From Deltaproteobacteria bacterium (GTDB lineage: Bacteria; Desulfobacterota; Binatia; HRBIN30; CADEER01), in contig JANRJF010000255.1 of assembly GCA_033764095.1 (NCBI GenBank), positions 20,154 through 84,153 of the forward strand: a stretch of 64,000 nucleotides of DNA, written 5' to 3'. Made by a program: the position numbers and the translations under genes. The notes beneath the pieces are model-generated. The model searched no databases, was not told the origin of the DNA, and worked only from the letters and a program-made list of their open reading frames with translations. Shown piece after piece: positions 8,694-19,984 of the stretch (its first letter is position 1; each line of letters starts with the position of its first letter).

Positions 8694-9380
8694 GTGTCGA
8701 TCGTCGCGATCGTCGTCGCCGGTGGCCCCGGCAGTCGCCTCGGAGCCGACGTCCCGAAGGGGTTCGTCCGCCTCGCCGGCGAGGCGCTGATGGCGCGCTC
8801 GCTGCGCGCCATGCTGGCGTCGCCGGTGGTGAGCCGCGCGGTGGTGGTGGTGCCGCCCGGCCACACCGACGAAGCCAAGGCACTGCTGGAGTCGGCGCGC
8901 GACGCGCGCCCGCTGCTGGTGATCGAGGGCGGCGTGGAACGGCAGGACTCGGTGCGCAACGGCCTGGCCGCGGCCGGCGATGCCGACGTGGTCGCCATCC
9001 ACGACGCCGCCCGGCCGTTCGTCAGCCGGGCGGCGGTCGACGACGCCATCGCGACGGCTCGCCAATACGGCGCGGCCATCGTCGCCACGCCGGCCACCGA
9101 CACGATCAAGCTGGTGCATCCGGACGGCTGGGTCGAGACGACCCCACCGCGCGACCGCCTGTGGCTGGCGCAGACCCCGCAGGTCTTTCGCGCCAACCTG
9201 CTGCGCCGCGCCCACGCGCGCGCGCCACACAGTCTCGCCACCGACGACGCGCTGCTGGTCGAGGCGCTCGGCGAGCGCGTCTACGTCGTGCGCGGCAACC
9301 CGGAGAACCGCAAGATCACGACGCCCGACGACCTGCGCTGGGCCGAGGCGCTGCTGGCGCGCGCGCCAGCCCCTCGTTGA
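8694..9380 (+). CDS. ispD: 2-C-methyl-D-erythritol 4-phosphate cytidylyltransferase
   Basis: GTG start. IVAIVVAGGPGSRLG nucleotide-binding motif and IspD-family sequence throughout. Confidence 0.9.
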   Translation: MSIVAIVVAGGPGSRLGADVPKGFVRLAGEALMARSLRAMLASPVVSRAVVVVPPGHTDEAKALLESARDARPLLVIEGGVERQDSVRNGLAAAGDADVVAIHDAARPFVSRAAVDDAIATARQYGAAIVATPATDTIKLVHPDGWVETTPPRDRLWLAQTPQVFRANLLRRAHARAPHSLATDDALLVEALGERVYVVRGNPENRKITTPDDLRWAEALLARAPAPR

Positions 9381-10167
9381 GGCTGCCCGAGCGGAATCCC
9401 TGCAGGTCGACCGTCACGTAGCGGAAGCCGAGCGCGCGCAGGGCGGCCACCACCGCCTCGCGCACCGGCGGCTCGGCCAGACGGGCCACGTCCGCCGCCG
9501 GCACCTCGATGCGCGCGATCGGGTCGTGGACGCGCACGCGGCACTCGCGGAATCCGAGCCGATGCAGCGCCGCCTCGGCGCCGGCGACGCGGCGCAGCCC
9601 GTCGAGGGTGATGCGCGTGCCGTACGGGAAGCGCGACGACAGGCACGGGCTCGACGGCTTGTCCGCCGTCGGCAGACCGAGCTGGCGGCTGAGCCGCCGG
9701 ATCTCGTCCTTCGACAACCCGACCTCGGCGAGCGGATGGCGCACCGCGTGCTCCTCCGCCGCCTTCAACCCCGGCCGGTAGTCGCCGAGGTCATCGAGGT
9801 TGACGCCGTCGACGACCACCGCGATGCCGCGCCGATCCGCCTCGGCGCGGCAGATGGTATAGAGACTGCCCTTGCAGAAGAAGCAGCGGTTCACCGGATT
9901 GTCGGCATAGCCGGGAATGTGGAGCTCGTTGGCGTCGACGACGACGTGCTCGACGCCGAGCGCCTCCGCCAGTACGCGCGCCATCGTCTCGTCGGCCTCC
10001 GGCGCGGTGGGCGAACGCGTCGTCAGCGCGACCGCCGCGGCGCCGAGCTCGGCGTGCGCGACCTGCAACAGGAAGCTCGAGTCGACCCCACCGGAGAAGG
10101 CGACCACCAGCGGCCCGAGCTCGCGCAGCAGGGCGCGCAACGCGCTCAGCTTCGCATCGGCATCCAT
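9316..10167 (-). CDS. PP-loop ATP pyrophosphatase, LarE-like (TIGR00268 family) sulfur transferase
   Basis: PP-loop SGGVDSS, conserved CFFCK, ~283 aa. Start codon abuts the cysK stop (TGAATG). The 3' end overlaps the ispD 3' end by ~65 nt (convergent). Confidence 0.75.
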   Translation of the reverse strand: MDADAKLSALRALLRELGPLVVAFSGGVDSSFLLQVAHAELGAAAVALTTRSPTAPEADETMARVLAEALGVEHVVVDANELHIPGYADNPVNRCFFCKGSLYTICRAEADRRGIAVVVDGVNLDDLGDYRPGLKAAEEHAVRHPLAEVGLSKDEIRRLSRQLGLPTADKPSSPCLSSRFPYGTRITLDGLRRVAGAEAALHRLGFRECRVRVHDPIARIEVPAADVARLAEPPVREAVVAALRALGFRYVTVDLQGFRSGSLNEGLARAPAAPRPSAGRRAS

Positions 10168-11100
<933 letters not shown>

Positions 11101-11140
11101 CCGATAACGCCTACTTCCTGCCCGCAGGACTACCGGCGCC

Positions 11141-12058
11141 ATGCCGTTCAAGTCAATTGAGCCAGCCGCGACGCTGGTGCTGTTCCCCGGCGCGCTGGGC
11201 GACCTGCTGTGCTGCTGGCCGGCCCTGGCGGCACTGGCGCGCCAGGGGCCGCTGACGCTGGCGGCGCACGCCGCCCCCGCCAGCGTGCTGCCGGCCGAGC
11301 TCGGCGCACGGTTGTCGATCGACCGGCGCGAGTTCGCCGACCTCTTCGCCGACGCGCCGCTCGCGCCCGCCACGCGCGCCCTGCTCGGCGGCTTCGCGCG
11401 GGTGGAGAGCTTCACCGGCCACGGCGCCGCCGGATTCGCCGAGCGACTCGCCGCGGCCAGTCGCACGCGGCCCGCGATCCACCCGTTCCGCGCCATGCGA
11501 CACGGCGAGCACGCCAGCGCGTACTACGCGCGCTGCCTGCGCGTCGCGATCGACTGCACCCGACTGCCGGTCGCGGCCGACGCCGCCGCGTGGAGCGCCG
11601 AGCTCTGGCGCCAGCGGCGCCTCGGCCCGCGCGTGCTGGTCATCCATCCCGGCAGCGGCGCCGCACCGAAGAACTGGCAGGGCATGGCGGACGCGGCGCG
11701 CGCCTGGCGCGCCGCCGGCGGCGCGGTGCTGGCGCTCGCCGGTCCGGCCGAGCTCGAGCGCGCCATCGACCTGCCCGCCGACCTGACGCTGCGCGACGCG
11801 CCGCTGCCGCGCGTCGCCGCGGTGCTGCAGCGCGCCGCGCGCTACCTGGGGAACGACTCGGGCATCAGCCATCTCGCCGGACTGGTCGGCGCGCGCGGCG
11901 TCGCGCTGTTCGGCAACAGCGATCCCGACACCTGGCGGCCGCTCGGCGGGCTGCGCGTCGAGCACGCGCCGGCCGCCTGCCCCAGCTGCGGCCCGGACGT
12001 GTTCTGCCAGCACCGCCTGCCGCTGCGCCGGGTCATGGCCGCCCTCGCCGCCGACTGA
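11141..12058 (+). CDS. glycosyltransferase family 9 (heptosyltransferase-like)
   Basis: GT9 hallmarks: [15 protein letters not shown] and [13 protein letters not shown]. ~305 aa. Divergent from cysK. Confidence 0.65.
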   Translation: MPFKSIEPAATLVLFPGALGDLLCCWPALAALARQGPLTLAAHAAPASVLPAELGARLSIDRREFADLFADAPLAPATRALLGGFARVESFTGHGAAGFAERLAAASRTRPAIHPFRAMRHGEHASAYYARCLRVAIDCTRLPVAADAAAWSAELWRQRRLGPRVLVIHPGSGAAPKNWQGMADAARAWRAAGGAVLALAGPAELERAIDLPADLTLRDAPLPRVAAVLQRAARYLGNDSGISHLAGLVGARGVALFGNSDPDTWRPLGGLRVEHAPAACPSCGPDVFCQHRLPLRRVMAALAAD

Positions 12059-12118
12059 CCGAGCGGCGGTTGCGAGACGCGCCGGTGCGGCGTAGGCACG
12101 GCGCGGGGGATCTCCGCC

Positions 12119-13813
12119 ATGTACGATCTGATCATTCGCGACGCCGATCTCGTCGACGGCAGCGGCGCCGCCCGGCAACGCGGCGACCTGGCGATCGCCG
12201 ACGGCCGCATCGCCGCGATCGGCGACGTGCAAGGCGCGGCGCACCGCGAGATCCACGCCGCCGGGCGCGTCGCCACCCCCGGGTTCATCGACGTGCACAC
12301 GCACTACGACTGCCAGGTGTCGTGGGATCCGGCGCTGACGCCGTCGTCCTGGCACGGCGTCACCAGCGTGGTGATGGGCAACTGCGGCTTCTCGATCGCG
12401 CCCTGCCGGCGCGCGCATCGCGATCTGCTGATGGAGATGCTGCTCTACGTCGAGGGCATGCCGACCGAAGCGCTGCGCGCCGGCATCCGCTGGGAGTGGG
12501 AGTGCTTCCCGGAGTATCTGGACGCCGTCGAACGGGCGCGCCCGGCGGTGAACACCGCCGCCTTCGTCGGCCACTCGGCGGTGCGCTACTTCGTCATGGG
12601 CGACGCCGCCGCCGAACGCGCCGCCAACGCCGACGAGCTGGCGCGCATGCAGGACGTCGTGCGCGAGGCGCTGCGCGCCGGCGCGATCGGCTTCTCGACG
12701 TCCGAGTCGCCGACCCACTTCTTCGGCAGCGGCGTACCGGTGCCGAGCCGCGTCGCGCCGCGCGACGAGCTGCTGGCGCTGAGCCGCGTGCTCGGCGAGC
12801 TCGGCCGCGGCCTGGTCGAGGTGGCGCCGCTGCACCTGCTCGGCGGCACCGACGACAAGCTCGCCGACCAGGCGTTCTACGCCGAGGTCGCGCGCGCCTG
12901 CGGCCGACCGGTCACCTGGGCGCCGCTGCTCGCCAATCCGTTCGATCCATCCGGCGCGCTGCAGATCATCGAACAGGCGGCGGCGGAACAACGCGCCGGC
13001 GCCCAGGTGTATCCGCAGGTCGGCTGCCGGCCGCTGGAAGTGCGCATCTCGTTCGCCAGCGCCGGCATCGCGGTGGCCAACAACCCGTTCTGGAGCCCGA
13101 TCGTCGCCCAGCCGCTGGCCGAGCGGGTCGCGCAGCTGCGCAGCCGCGCGTTCCGCGACGAGCTGCGCGCCATGTCGTCGGGCGGCGGCTTCGTCGCCGC
13201 GCTGGCGCCGAGCTGGCATCACATCCTGCTGCGCCTGTCCGGCAACCCGGCGCACGCGCCGCTGATCGATCGCAGCATTGCCGAGCTGGTCGCCGAGCGC
13301 GGCGGCGACGAGGTGGACACGCTGCTCGATCTCGCCCTCGCCGCCGACCTCGACTGCCAGTTCGGCGTGCCGATCATGAACACCGACGAAGCCGTGGTCG
13401 GCCAGCTGCTGCGCCATCCGGCCGCGCTGGTGGCGCTCTCCGATGCCGGAGCGCACGTCGACACGCTCGCCGACCAGGGGTTCACCACGACGCTGCTCGC
13501 CCACTGGGCGCGCGATCGCCGCGCGCTCACGCTCGAGGCCGCGGTCCGCCTGGTCACCGCGGTGCCCAGCACCCTCTACGGCCTCGGCCAGCGCGGGCAA
13601 TTGCGCGTCGGCTGGGCCGCCGACGTCGTGCTGTTCGACGAAGCGCGCCTCGGCCTGCAGCGCACCGAATTGGTGCGCGACCTCCCCGGCGGCGCCGCGC
13701 GTCTCATTCAGCGTCCGCTCGGCATCACGCACGTGCTGGTCAACGGCGCCGTGCTGGTCGACGATGGCGCCCAGACCGACGCGCGCAGCGGCCGCGTGCT
13801 GCGCGGCGCCTGA
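12119..13813 (+). CDS. N-acyl-D-amino-acid deacylase / D-aminoacylase family amidohydrolase
   Basis: [10 protein letters not shown] metal-binding start, MGNCGFS and the D-aminoacylase pattern through the C-terminal beta-domain. 564 aa. Confidence 0.85.
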   Translation: MYDLIIRDADLVDGSGAARQRGDLAIADGRIAAIGDVQGAAHREIHAAGRVATPGFIDVHTHYDCQVSWDPALTPSSWHGVTSVVMGNCGFSIAPCRRAHRDLLMEMLLYVEGMPTEALRAGIRWEWECFPEYLDAVERARPAVNTAAFVGHSAVRYFVMGDAAAERAANADELARMQDVVREALRAGAIGFSTSESPTHFFGSGVPVPSRVAPRDELLALSRVLGELGRGLVEVAPLHLLGGTDDKLADQAFYAEVARACGRPVTWAPLLANPFDPSGALQIIEQAAAEQRAGAQVYPQVGCRPLEVRISFASAGIAVANNPFWSPIVAQPLAERVAQLRSRAFRDELRAMSSGGGFVAALAPSWHHILLRLSGNPAHAPLIDRSIAELVAERGGDEVDTLLDLALAADLDCQFGVPIMNTDEAVVGQLLRHPAALVALSDAGAHVDTLADQGFTTTLLAHWARDRRALTLEAAVRLVTAVPSTLYGLGQRGQLRVGWAADVVLFDEARLGLQRTELVRDLPGGAARLIQRPLGITHVLVNGAVLVDDGAQTDARSGRVLRGA

Positions 13814-13848
13814 CAGGGATCGCCTTGAAAACCCGACAGGTCGCAACT

Positions 13849-14934
13849 ATGAAGAAGCCCGCGTTGCCCATGATTCGTCCGGTCGAGTGGCGCAATGGCG
13901 CCGTCGTCCTGCTCGATCAGCGTCTGCTGCCGTTGCAGGAAGTCTACCGCGTCTATCGCGACCACCGCGACGTGGCACGCGCGATCAAGGACATGGTGGT
14001 GCGCGGCGCGCCCGCCATCGGCGTCGCGGCGGCCATGGGCATCGCGCTCGGCATGGCGCAGGCGAGCGACAGCGATCAGGCGCGCGCCTTCGATCGTATC
14101 GCGCGGCGCTTCGCGGCGACCCGGCCGACGGCGGTGAACCTCTTCTGGGCGATCGAGCGCATGCGGCGCGCCCTGGCGCGCGCGCGCGGCCGCAGCCCCG
14201 AAGTGGTGCGCGAGATCCTGCGCCAGGAGGCGGTGGCGATCTACCACGAGGACATCGCCAGCAACCGCGCGCTCGGCGCGCACGGCGCCGGCCTGCTGAA
14301 GCCGCGCACGACGGTGCTGACGCACTGCAACGCCGGTGCGCTGGCCACCGCCGGCTACGGCACCGCGCTGGGCGTCATCCGCGCCGCGCAGGAGGCAGGC
14401 AAGCAGATTGCCGTGATCGCCGCCGAAACACGGCCGTTCCTGCAGGGCGCGCGTCTGACCGCCTGGGAGCTGAAGAAGGATCGCGTGCCGGTGACGCTGA
14501 TCACCGACAACATGGTCGGCCACGTCATGAAGCGCGGCACGGTCGGCGCGGTGATCGTCGGCGCCGACCGCGTCGCCGCCAACGGCGACGTCGCCAACAA
14601 GATCGGCACCTACGGCGTGGCGGTGATCGCCGCGCGGCACCGGATTCCGTTCTATGTCGCGGCGCCGACCTCGACGGTCGATCTCGCCTGCGCGGACGGC
14701 GACGCGATCCCGATCGAGGAGCGCGCGGTGCGCGAGGTGACGCATCTCGGCGACGCGCAGATTGCGCCGAGCGGCATCAAGGTGATGAACCCGGCGTTCG
14801 ACGTCACGCCGCACACGCTGGTGACGGCGATCATCACCGAGCGCGGCGTCGCGCGCGCGCCCTACACGCGCTCGCTGGCGCGGATGCTGGGCGGCGAGAC
14901 GCGCGACGTCCGCCGGCGCGCCAGCCGCTCGTAA
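13849..14934 (+). CDS. mtnA: S-methyl-5-thioribose-1-phosphate isomerase
   Basis: ATG at 13849 inside a long chimeric six-frame ORF. eIF-2B/MtnA family sequence ([39 protein letters not shown]). Confidence 0.85.
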   Translation: MKKPALPMIRPVEWRNGAVVLLDQRLLPLQEVYRVYRDHRDVARAIKDMVVRGAPAIGVAAAMGIALGMAQASDSDQARAFDRIARRFAATRPTAVNLFWAIERMRRALARARGRSPEVVREILRQEAVAIYHEDIASNRALGAHGAGLLKPRTTVLTHCNAGALATAGYGTALGVIRAAQEAGKQIAVIAAETRPFLQGARLTAWELKKDRVPVTLITDNMVGHVMKRGTVGAVIVGADRVAANGDVANKIGTYGVAVIAARHRIPFYVAAPTSTVDLACADGDAIPIEERAVREVTHLGDAQIAPSGIKVMNPAFDVTPHTLVTAIITERGVARAPYTRSLARMLGGETRDVRRRASRS

Positions 14935-14946
14935 CCGCTCCGCGCC

Positions 14947-15351
14947 CTACTGCCAGATCACCTGGCGCAGATCGGCCTGGCCGGCGCGCTCCTTGCCGAG
15001 GCGATCCACCGGGCGGTTCTGCGCGTCGACGAAGACCAGCTTCGGATCCCACTCGCGCGCCTCGGTGTCGGTCATCCACCCGAAGGTGGCGATGATCACC
15101 AGGTCGCCGGCACGCGCCTTGTGCGCCGCGGCACCGTTGATGCACACCACCCCCGAGCCGGGCTGTCCGCGCAACGCGTAGGTGCGGAAGCGCTCGCCGT
15201 TGGTGACGTTCCAGATCTCGACTTCCTGGTTCGGCCAGATGTCCGCGCGCTCGAGCAGGTCGGCGTCGATCGTCACGCTGCCCTCGTAATGCAGATCGGC
15301 GCCGGTGACGGTGGCGCGGTGGATCTTGCTGCGCAGCATGTTGCGATGCAT
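14947..15351 (-). CDS. panD: aspartate 1-decarboxylase
   Basis: [12 protein letters not shown]...GSVTID, the pyruvoyl-dependent PanD signature with the self-cleavage Gly-Ser site. 134 aa. Confidence 0.92.
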   Translation of the reverse strand: MHRNMLRSKIHRATVTGADLHYEGSVTIDADLLERADIWPNQEVEIWNVTNGERFRTYALRGQPGSGVVCINGAAAHKARAGDLVIIATFGWMTDTEAREWDPKLVFVDAQNRPVDRLGKERAGQADLRQVIWQ

Positions 15352-15367
15352 GGGAATCCTCCTGGCC

Positions 15368-16222
15368 TCAGGCTGGGCTGGCGGTGAGTACGGCGTTGTC
15401 GATCAGGCGCGTGCGGCCGACGAACACGGCCAGCGCGAGCAGGGCCGGACGCTCGAGCGCGTCCGTCGGTTCAAGGCTGTCGGCGTCGACCAGCTCGGCG
15501 TAGTCGACGCGCGCCAACGGTTCCGCCGCCAGGACGGTGGTCGCGGCGGCGAGCACGTCCGCGGCGCGGCGCGCGCCGCCGAGGTAGGCCGTACGCGCGG
15601 CGGCGAGCGCGCGCGACAGGCAGCGCGCCGCGACGCGCTCGTCAGCCGCCAGGTAGGCGTTGCGCGAGCTCATCGCGAGGCCGTCGGCCTCGCGCACGAT
15701 CGGCATGCCGACCACCTCGACGCCCATGTCGAGATCGGCCGCCATGCGCCGCAGCACGGCGAGTTGCTGATAGTCCTTCTCGCCGAAGACTGCGACGTGC
15801 GGCCGCACCGCGTTGAACAGCTTGGTGACGACGGTGGTCACGCCGCGAAAGTGCCCGGGACGCGAGCGGCCGCAGAGACCGGCCGTCATCTTGGTCACCG
15901 CCACCTCGGTCTGGAAGCCGGCCGGGTACATCACCTCGGCGGTTGGCAGGTACAGCACGTCGACGCCGGCGCCGGCGAGCGCGGCGCGATCGCGTGCGAG
16001 GTCGCGCGGATAGGCGGCGAGATCCTCGCGCGGTCCGAACTGCATCGGGTTGACGAAGATCGACGCGACGCAGGTGTCGGCGCGCCGGCGCGCCTCGGCC
16101 ACCAGGCTGAGGTGCCCGTCGTGCAGATACCCCATGGTTGGCACCAGGCCGATGCGCCGCCCGGCGGTGCGGGTGGCGTCGGCCCAGGCCTGCATGGCGG
16201 CCGGCGTGGCGATCTCGCGCAC
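15368..16222 (-). CDS. panC: pantoate--beta-alanine ligase
   Basis: [20 protein letters not shown]-type motif. Probable GTG start ~4 nt after the panB stop (alternative ATG at ~16195). The upstream 116 codons of the six-frame ORF are a read-through artefact. Confidence 0.85.
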   Translation of the reverse strand: MREIATPAAMQAWADATRTAGRRIGLVPTMGYLHDGHLSLVAEARRRADTCVASIFVNPMQFGPREDLAAYPRDLARDRAALAGAGVDVLYLPTAEVMYPAGFQTEVAVTKMTAGLCGRSRPGHFRGVTTVVTKLFNAVRPHVAVFGEKDYQQLAVLRRMAADLDMGVEVVGMPIVREADGLAMSSRNAYLAADERVAARCLSRALAAARTAYLGGARRAADVLAAATTVLAAEPLARVDYAELVDADSLEPTDALERPALLALAVFVGRTRLIDNAVLTASPA

Positions 16223-16226
16223 CGGC

Positions 16227-17084
16227 TCAGCCCTTCGCGGCCGCTTCCTTCGCCGGCACGGTGGCGAGCGAGGTGAAGCTGTGCGCCGCGCTGGGGAACG
16301 CCGCGCCGCGCACCTCGCTGGCATAGCTCTCGACCGCCTCGCGCGCCGCCGTCCACAGATCGGCGTAGCGCTTGGCGAAGCGCGGTGCGGTGCGCTCGCC
16401 GAGCCCGAGCACGTCGTGCAGCACGAGGATCTGCCCGTCGCAGTGCGGGCCGGCGCCGATGCCGATGGTCGGAATCTCCAGGCGCGCGGTGATGTCGGCG
16501 GCGAGGTCGAGCGGAATGCCCTCCAGCACGATGGCGAAGGCACCGGCTGCCTCGACCGCGAGCGCGTCATCGATCAGGCGCTCGCGCTGTCCCGGCGCCT
16601 GACCGCGCTTGCGGCCCTGCACCTTGTGGCCGCCCATGCGGTGCACCGACTGCGGCGTCAGGCCGATGTGGCCCATCACCGGAATGTCCACCGAGGCGAT
16701 GCGCGCGATGGTCTCCGCGACCGCGGCGCCGCCCTCGAGCTTCACCGCCTCGGCACCGCCGTCCTTGATCAGGCGCCCGGCGTTGGCGACCGCGTCGGTC
16801 GGGCTGACCTGGTACGACAGGAACGGCAGGTCGGCGACCAGCAGCGCGCGCCGTCGGCCGCGCGCCACCATGCGCGTGTGGTAGACCATCTCGTCCATGG
16901 TCACCGGCAGCGTGGTGTCGAAGCCCTGCACCACCATGCCGAGCGAGTCGCCGACCAGCAGCAGGTCGACACCCGCCTGGTCGGCGATGCGCGCGAAGGG
17001 AAAATCGTACGCTGTCAGGGCGACGATCGGCCGGCCGGTGGCCTTGGCCTTGACGATCTCGGGTACGGTAACTTTCTGCTCCAT
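16227..17084 (-). CDS. panB: 3-methyl-2-oxobutanoate hydroxymethyltransferase
   Basis: [12 protein letters not shown]...[13 protein letters not shown] PanB signature. 285 aa. Confidence 0.92.
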   Translation of the reverse strand: MEQKVTVPEIVKAKATGRPIVALTAYDFPFARIADQAGVDLLLVGDSLGMVVQGFDTTLPVTMDEMVYHTRMVARGRRRALLVADLPFLSYQVSPTDAVANAGRLIKDGGAEAVKLEGGAAVAETIARIASVDIPVMGHIGLTPQSVHRMGGHKVQGRKRGQAPGQRERLIDDALAVEAAGAFAIVLEGIPLDLAADITARLEIPTIGIGAGPHCDGQILVLHDVLGLGERTAPRFAKRYADLWTAAREAVESYASEVRGAAFPSAAHSFTSLATVPAKEAAAKG

Positions 17085-17254
17085 CGGAAAGCCCTCCGAG
17101 ACCGAGTGCCGGAGGGCTGCTCCAAGAGCAGGGACGGTGCGGTCGACGTGTCGCTGGTCCGCTTCGAGCTTGGTGAGTCGGGTACAGGTTCCCGCTCGGC
17201 TCGCTGCGGGGCGTGACGGCGATCAGCCCGCAATTGCCTTCCGTCTCGGTCCAG

Positions 17255-17929
17255 TTATCTGGATCCAAGCGGTATGTAGTGTTGGACGCCTTGTCCCATC
17301 TCGTGGATCTCGCGCATGAGATCCGCGGTCTCCTCGGAGTGCGCGACGAAGTCGATCTCCGAGCAGTTCACCACGAGCAGGGGAGTCTCCTCATAATGAA
17401 AGAAAAAGTCCTTGTACGCCTCTGCGACGCGCCGGACGTATTCCGGCGTGACGTGTCGTTCGTAGTCGCGTGATCGTTTCCGTAATCGAGCCATAAGCAC
17501 ATCTGCACGCGCTTGCAAGTACACCACGAGATCGGGCTTGGGGATGCGCGCCCCGAGCATGTGGTAGAGCTGCCGGTAGAGCGCGAGCTCATCGGGGTCG
17601 AGGTTGATCTGCGCGAAGATGTGATCCTTGGCGAACAGGTAGTCCGCCACCAGGCTCTGCCGGAACAGCTCCTGCTGGGCGAGCTCCTGCTGCTGGCGGA
17701 AGCGCGTCAGCAGAAAGAACATCTGCGCCTGGAAGGCGTGCTTGTCGGGGTCGTCGTAGAAGCGGCGCAGGAACGGGTTGTCGTCGACCTGTTCGAGCAC
17801 CATGCGCGCCTGCCACTCGTCGGCAATGAGCCGCGCGAGGGTGGTCTTTCCGACACCGATGGGGCCCTCGACGACGATGTAGCGTGTCTTGGTCAGGGCG
17901 CGCTCCCGCAGGCGAGGGGCGAGTAGCAT
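17255..17929 (-). CDS. deoxynucleoside kinase (dAK/dCK/dGK family)
   Basis: P-loop VEGPIGVGKTT and the dNK family pattern (ERS motif region, LVVYL). Confidence 0.85.
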   Translation of the reverse strand: MLLAPRLRERALTKTRYIVVEGPIGVGKTTLARLIADEWQARMVLEQVDDNPFLRRFYDDPDKHAFQAQMFFLLTRFRQQQELAQQELFRQSLVADYLFAKDHIFAQINLDPDELALYRQLYHMLGARIPKPDLVVYLQARADVLMARLRKRSRDYERHVTPEYVRRVAEAYKDFFFHYEETPLLVVNCSEIDFVAHSEETADLMREIHEMGQGVQHYIPLGSR

Positions 17930-19019
17930 GGCCCCCCCGGGGAGTCCAGATTGCGCCGTGACGCGCGCGCTCGCTGGTCAGGTGCTGACCGTCGGCATCC
18001 CCGGCGCGACGCTGACGCGCGGCGTGCAACGCGCGCTGGCGCGCCTCGCGCCGGGCGGCGTGGTGTTGTTCGCGCGCAACGCCGTCGATCCGCCGCAGCT
18101 CGCGGCGCTCACCGCGGCGCTGCACGCGCTGCCATCGCGGCCGTTGATCGGCATCGATCAGGAGGGCGGCCGCGTGCAGCGCCTGCCGGCGCCGTTCACG
18201 CGCTTCCCGAGCGCCGCCGCCATCGGCCGTGCCGGCGCCGGCGCGACGCGCGCCGCAGGCGTCGCGATCGGACGCGAGCTGCGCGCGGCAGGCATCGACA
18301 TCGACTACGCGCCGGTGCTCGACGTGCGCACCGCGGGCGGCGACGACGTGGTGGGCGACCGCGCCTTCGCCGCCGATGCCCGGCGCGCCGCGACCTTGGC
18401 GGTCGCCTTTCTACGCGGACTGCGCGCCGCCGGCGTGCTTGCCTGCGGCAAGCATTTCCCGGGACACGGCGCCGCCGACGCCGACTCGCACCTGCGCCTG
18501 CCGACCGTGCGCCGCGGCCGCGCCGCACTGGCGCGGCGGGAGCTGCTGCCATTCCGCGCGGCCATCGCTGCCGGCATCCCGCTGCTGATGGCCGCGCACG
18601 TGCGCTACCCGGCCCTCGACCGGCGGCGCTGCGCGACGCTCTCGCCGGCCATCGTCACCACGCTGCTGCGGGCTCGCCTGCGCTTCGACGGCGTCGTGGT
18701 CAGCGACGATCTCGCCATGGGCGCGATCCGCAACACCCTCGACGCGCCGCGGGCCGCGGTCGCCGCGCTGCGCGCCGGGGTCGATTGGCTGCTGCTCTGC
18801 GGTGCGCTCGGCGAGGCCCAGCGCGTCGCCGATCAGCTCGTCGCCACCGCGCTCGCCGACCCGCGCTTTGCCGCCCGCCTGCGCCAAGCGGCGGCGCGCG
18901 TCGCCGCGCTGCACTCCCTGCGACGGCCCGCGCGCGCGCCGCTGGCGTTTCCGGTCGCGGCGCATCTCCGACTGGTCGAGCGGATACGCGCCGTGGCGAC
19001 CAACGCGGCGGCTTGCTAG
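17928..19019 (+). CDS. nagZ: beta-N-acetylhexosaminidase (GH3)
   Basis: IGIDQEGGRVQR and KHFPGHG GH3 motifs. Start placed at the ATG at 17928, which shares the CATG tetranucleotide with the divergent kinase start. A start further downstream is possible. Confidence 0.8.
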   Translation: MAPPGSPDCAVTRALAGQVLTVGIPGATLTRGVQRALARLAPGGVVLFARNAVDPPQLAALTAALHALPSRPLIGIDQEGGRVQRLPAPFTRFPSAAAIGRAGAGATRAAGVAIGRELRAAGIDIDYAPVLDVRTAGGDDVVGDRAFAADARRAATLAVAFLRGLRAAGVLACGKHFPGHGAADADSHLRLPTVRRGRAALARRELLPFRAAIAAGIPLLMAAHVRYPALDRRRCATLSPAIVTTLLRARLRFDGVVVSDDLAMGAIRNTLDAPRAAVAALRAGVDWLLLCGALGEAQRVADQLVATALADPRFAARLRQAAARVAALHSLRRPARAPLAFPVAAHLRLVERIRAVATNAAAC

Positions 19020-19029
19020 GTCTCGCCAG

Positions 19030-19503
19030 GTGAAGAAGGAGACCACGCACGATCGCGACGTGGCGGTGAACCGCCGCGCCCGCCACGAGTTCCACATCGA
19101 CGAGACCTTCGAAGCCGGCATCGCCCTGATGGGCAGCGAAGTGAAGGCCCTGCGCGCCGGCAAGGCCAACCTCAAGGACAGCTTCGGCCGCGTCGAGAAC
19201 GGCGAAGTCTGGCTGTGGAACGCGCACATCAGTCCCTACGGGCCCGCCTCGCAGTTCGGCCACGAGCCGACCCGGACCCGCAAGCTCTTGCTGCACCGCG
19301 AGGAGATCGCCCGCCTGCACGGCAAGGTGAAGGAGAAGGGGCTCACGCTGGTGCCGCTGCGCCTCTACTTCAAGAACGGGCGCGCCAAGGTCGAGCTCGG
19401 CCTGGCGCGCGGCAAGAAGCAGCACGACAAGCGCGACGCCATCCGCGAGCGCGAGGTGAAACGGGAGATCGACCGCGCCCTGGCCTCGCGGCGTCGCGGG
19501 TGA
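19030..19503 (+). CDS. smpB: SsrA-binding protein
   Basis: GTG start. NRRARHEFHIDETFEAGIAL...GSEVKALRAG and C-terminal basic tail, as in SmpB. Confidence 0.9.
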   Translation: MKKETTHDRDVAVNRRARHEFHIDETFEAGIALMGSEVKALRAGKANLKDSFGRVENGEVWLWNAHISPYGPASQFGHEPTRTRKLLLHREEIARLHGKVKEKGLTLVPLRLYFKNGRAKVELGLARGKKQHDKRDAIREREVKREIDRALASRRRG

Positions 19504-19555
19504 GCTTGCACCCGGCGGCGAGCCCGACCTAGACGGACGGGAAAGAGGAGATGCG

Positions 19556-19804
19556 ATGAGCAAGGACGATCCCATCAGCCGAGCGCTCGACGGCGACATC
19601 GTCATGGCGCACGAGCGTTTCGTCGAGGCGATGGAAGCGCGCCTGCCGACCCTCGAGCTGGCGTCGAAGGAACGCTACTTCGCCGTGCTGACCATCCTGA
19701 TCGGCAAGCTGGAAACCGCCGAGAAGTCGATGCAGGAGGTGCTGGTGGAGATGATGGCCGAGGCCGGCCGCCACCTGATGGAAGAGATGAGCGCGCGCCG
19801 CTGA
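19556..19804 (+). CDS. hypothetical protein (82 aa)
   Basis: Strong SD (GAGGAG) 7 nt upstream of ATG. Helical acidic protein. No recognisable domain. Confidence 0.5.
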   Translation: MSKDDPISRALDGDIVMAHERFVEAMEARLPTLELASKERYFAVLTILIGKLETAEKSMQEVLVEMMAEAGRHLMEEMSARR

Positions 19805-19814
19805 CGGCGCGGAT

Positions 19815-19984
19815 CAGTTGGTCGGCACCGCCGTCGCCGTGTTCTGCGATGTCGGCGTCGCCGGCACGTCGCCGGGGAACACCAGGTCGCCGCCGCAGGC
19901 GCTCAGCGCGCCGAGCAGACAGGCGAGCAGCGACAGCGCAGCGATCAGGTGCAGGGCGGCGGCGCGGGATGAGGTCGGCGTCAT
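19815..19984 (-). CDS. small predicted lipoprotein (56 aa)
   Basis: MTPTSSRAAALHLIAALSLLACLLGALSAC GGD...: signal peptide plus lipobox LSAC. Its start overlaps the stop of the upstream M24 peptidase (ATGA). Not in the ORF track (<60 aa). Confidence 0.5.

Noticed and set aside
11153-13846. 897-aa minus-strand ORF antisense to GT9 and D-aminoacylase
   Set aside because: Low-complexity Arg/Ala/Gly composition with no domain. It is the typical stop-free antisense frame of GC3-rich genes, while the sense-strand genes have clear family signatures.
11209-14934. 1241-aa plus-strand ORF, the longest in the window
   Set aside because: Its first ~880 codons are an Arg/Ala/Gly/Pro-rich shadow frame. 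It overlaps the genuine GT9 and D-aminoacylase genes in another frame on the same strand. Only the segment from the ATG at 13849 (mtnA) has recognisable protein similarity, so the ORF is a chimera of non-coding frame plus mtnA.
15368-16570. 400-aa version of panC with a 116-aa N-terminal extension
   Set aside because: The extension is Ser/Arg/Pro/Ala-rich and overlaps the panB coding region. The PanC homology starts at the GTG/ATG just after the panB stop.
17951-19033. Alternative +2-frame 360-aa ORF over nagZ
   Set aside because: Arg-rich shadow frame. The other frame carries the GH3 motifs IGIDQEGG and KHFPGHG.
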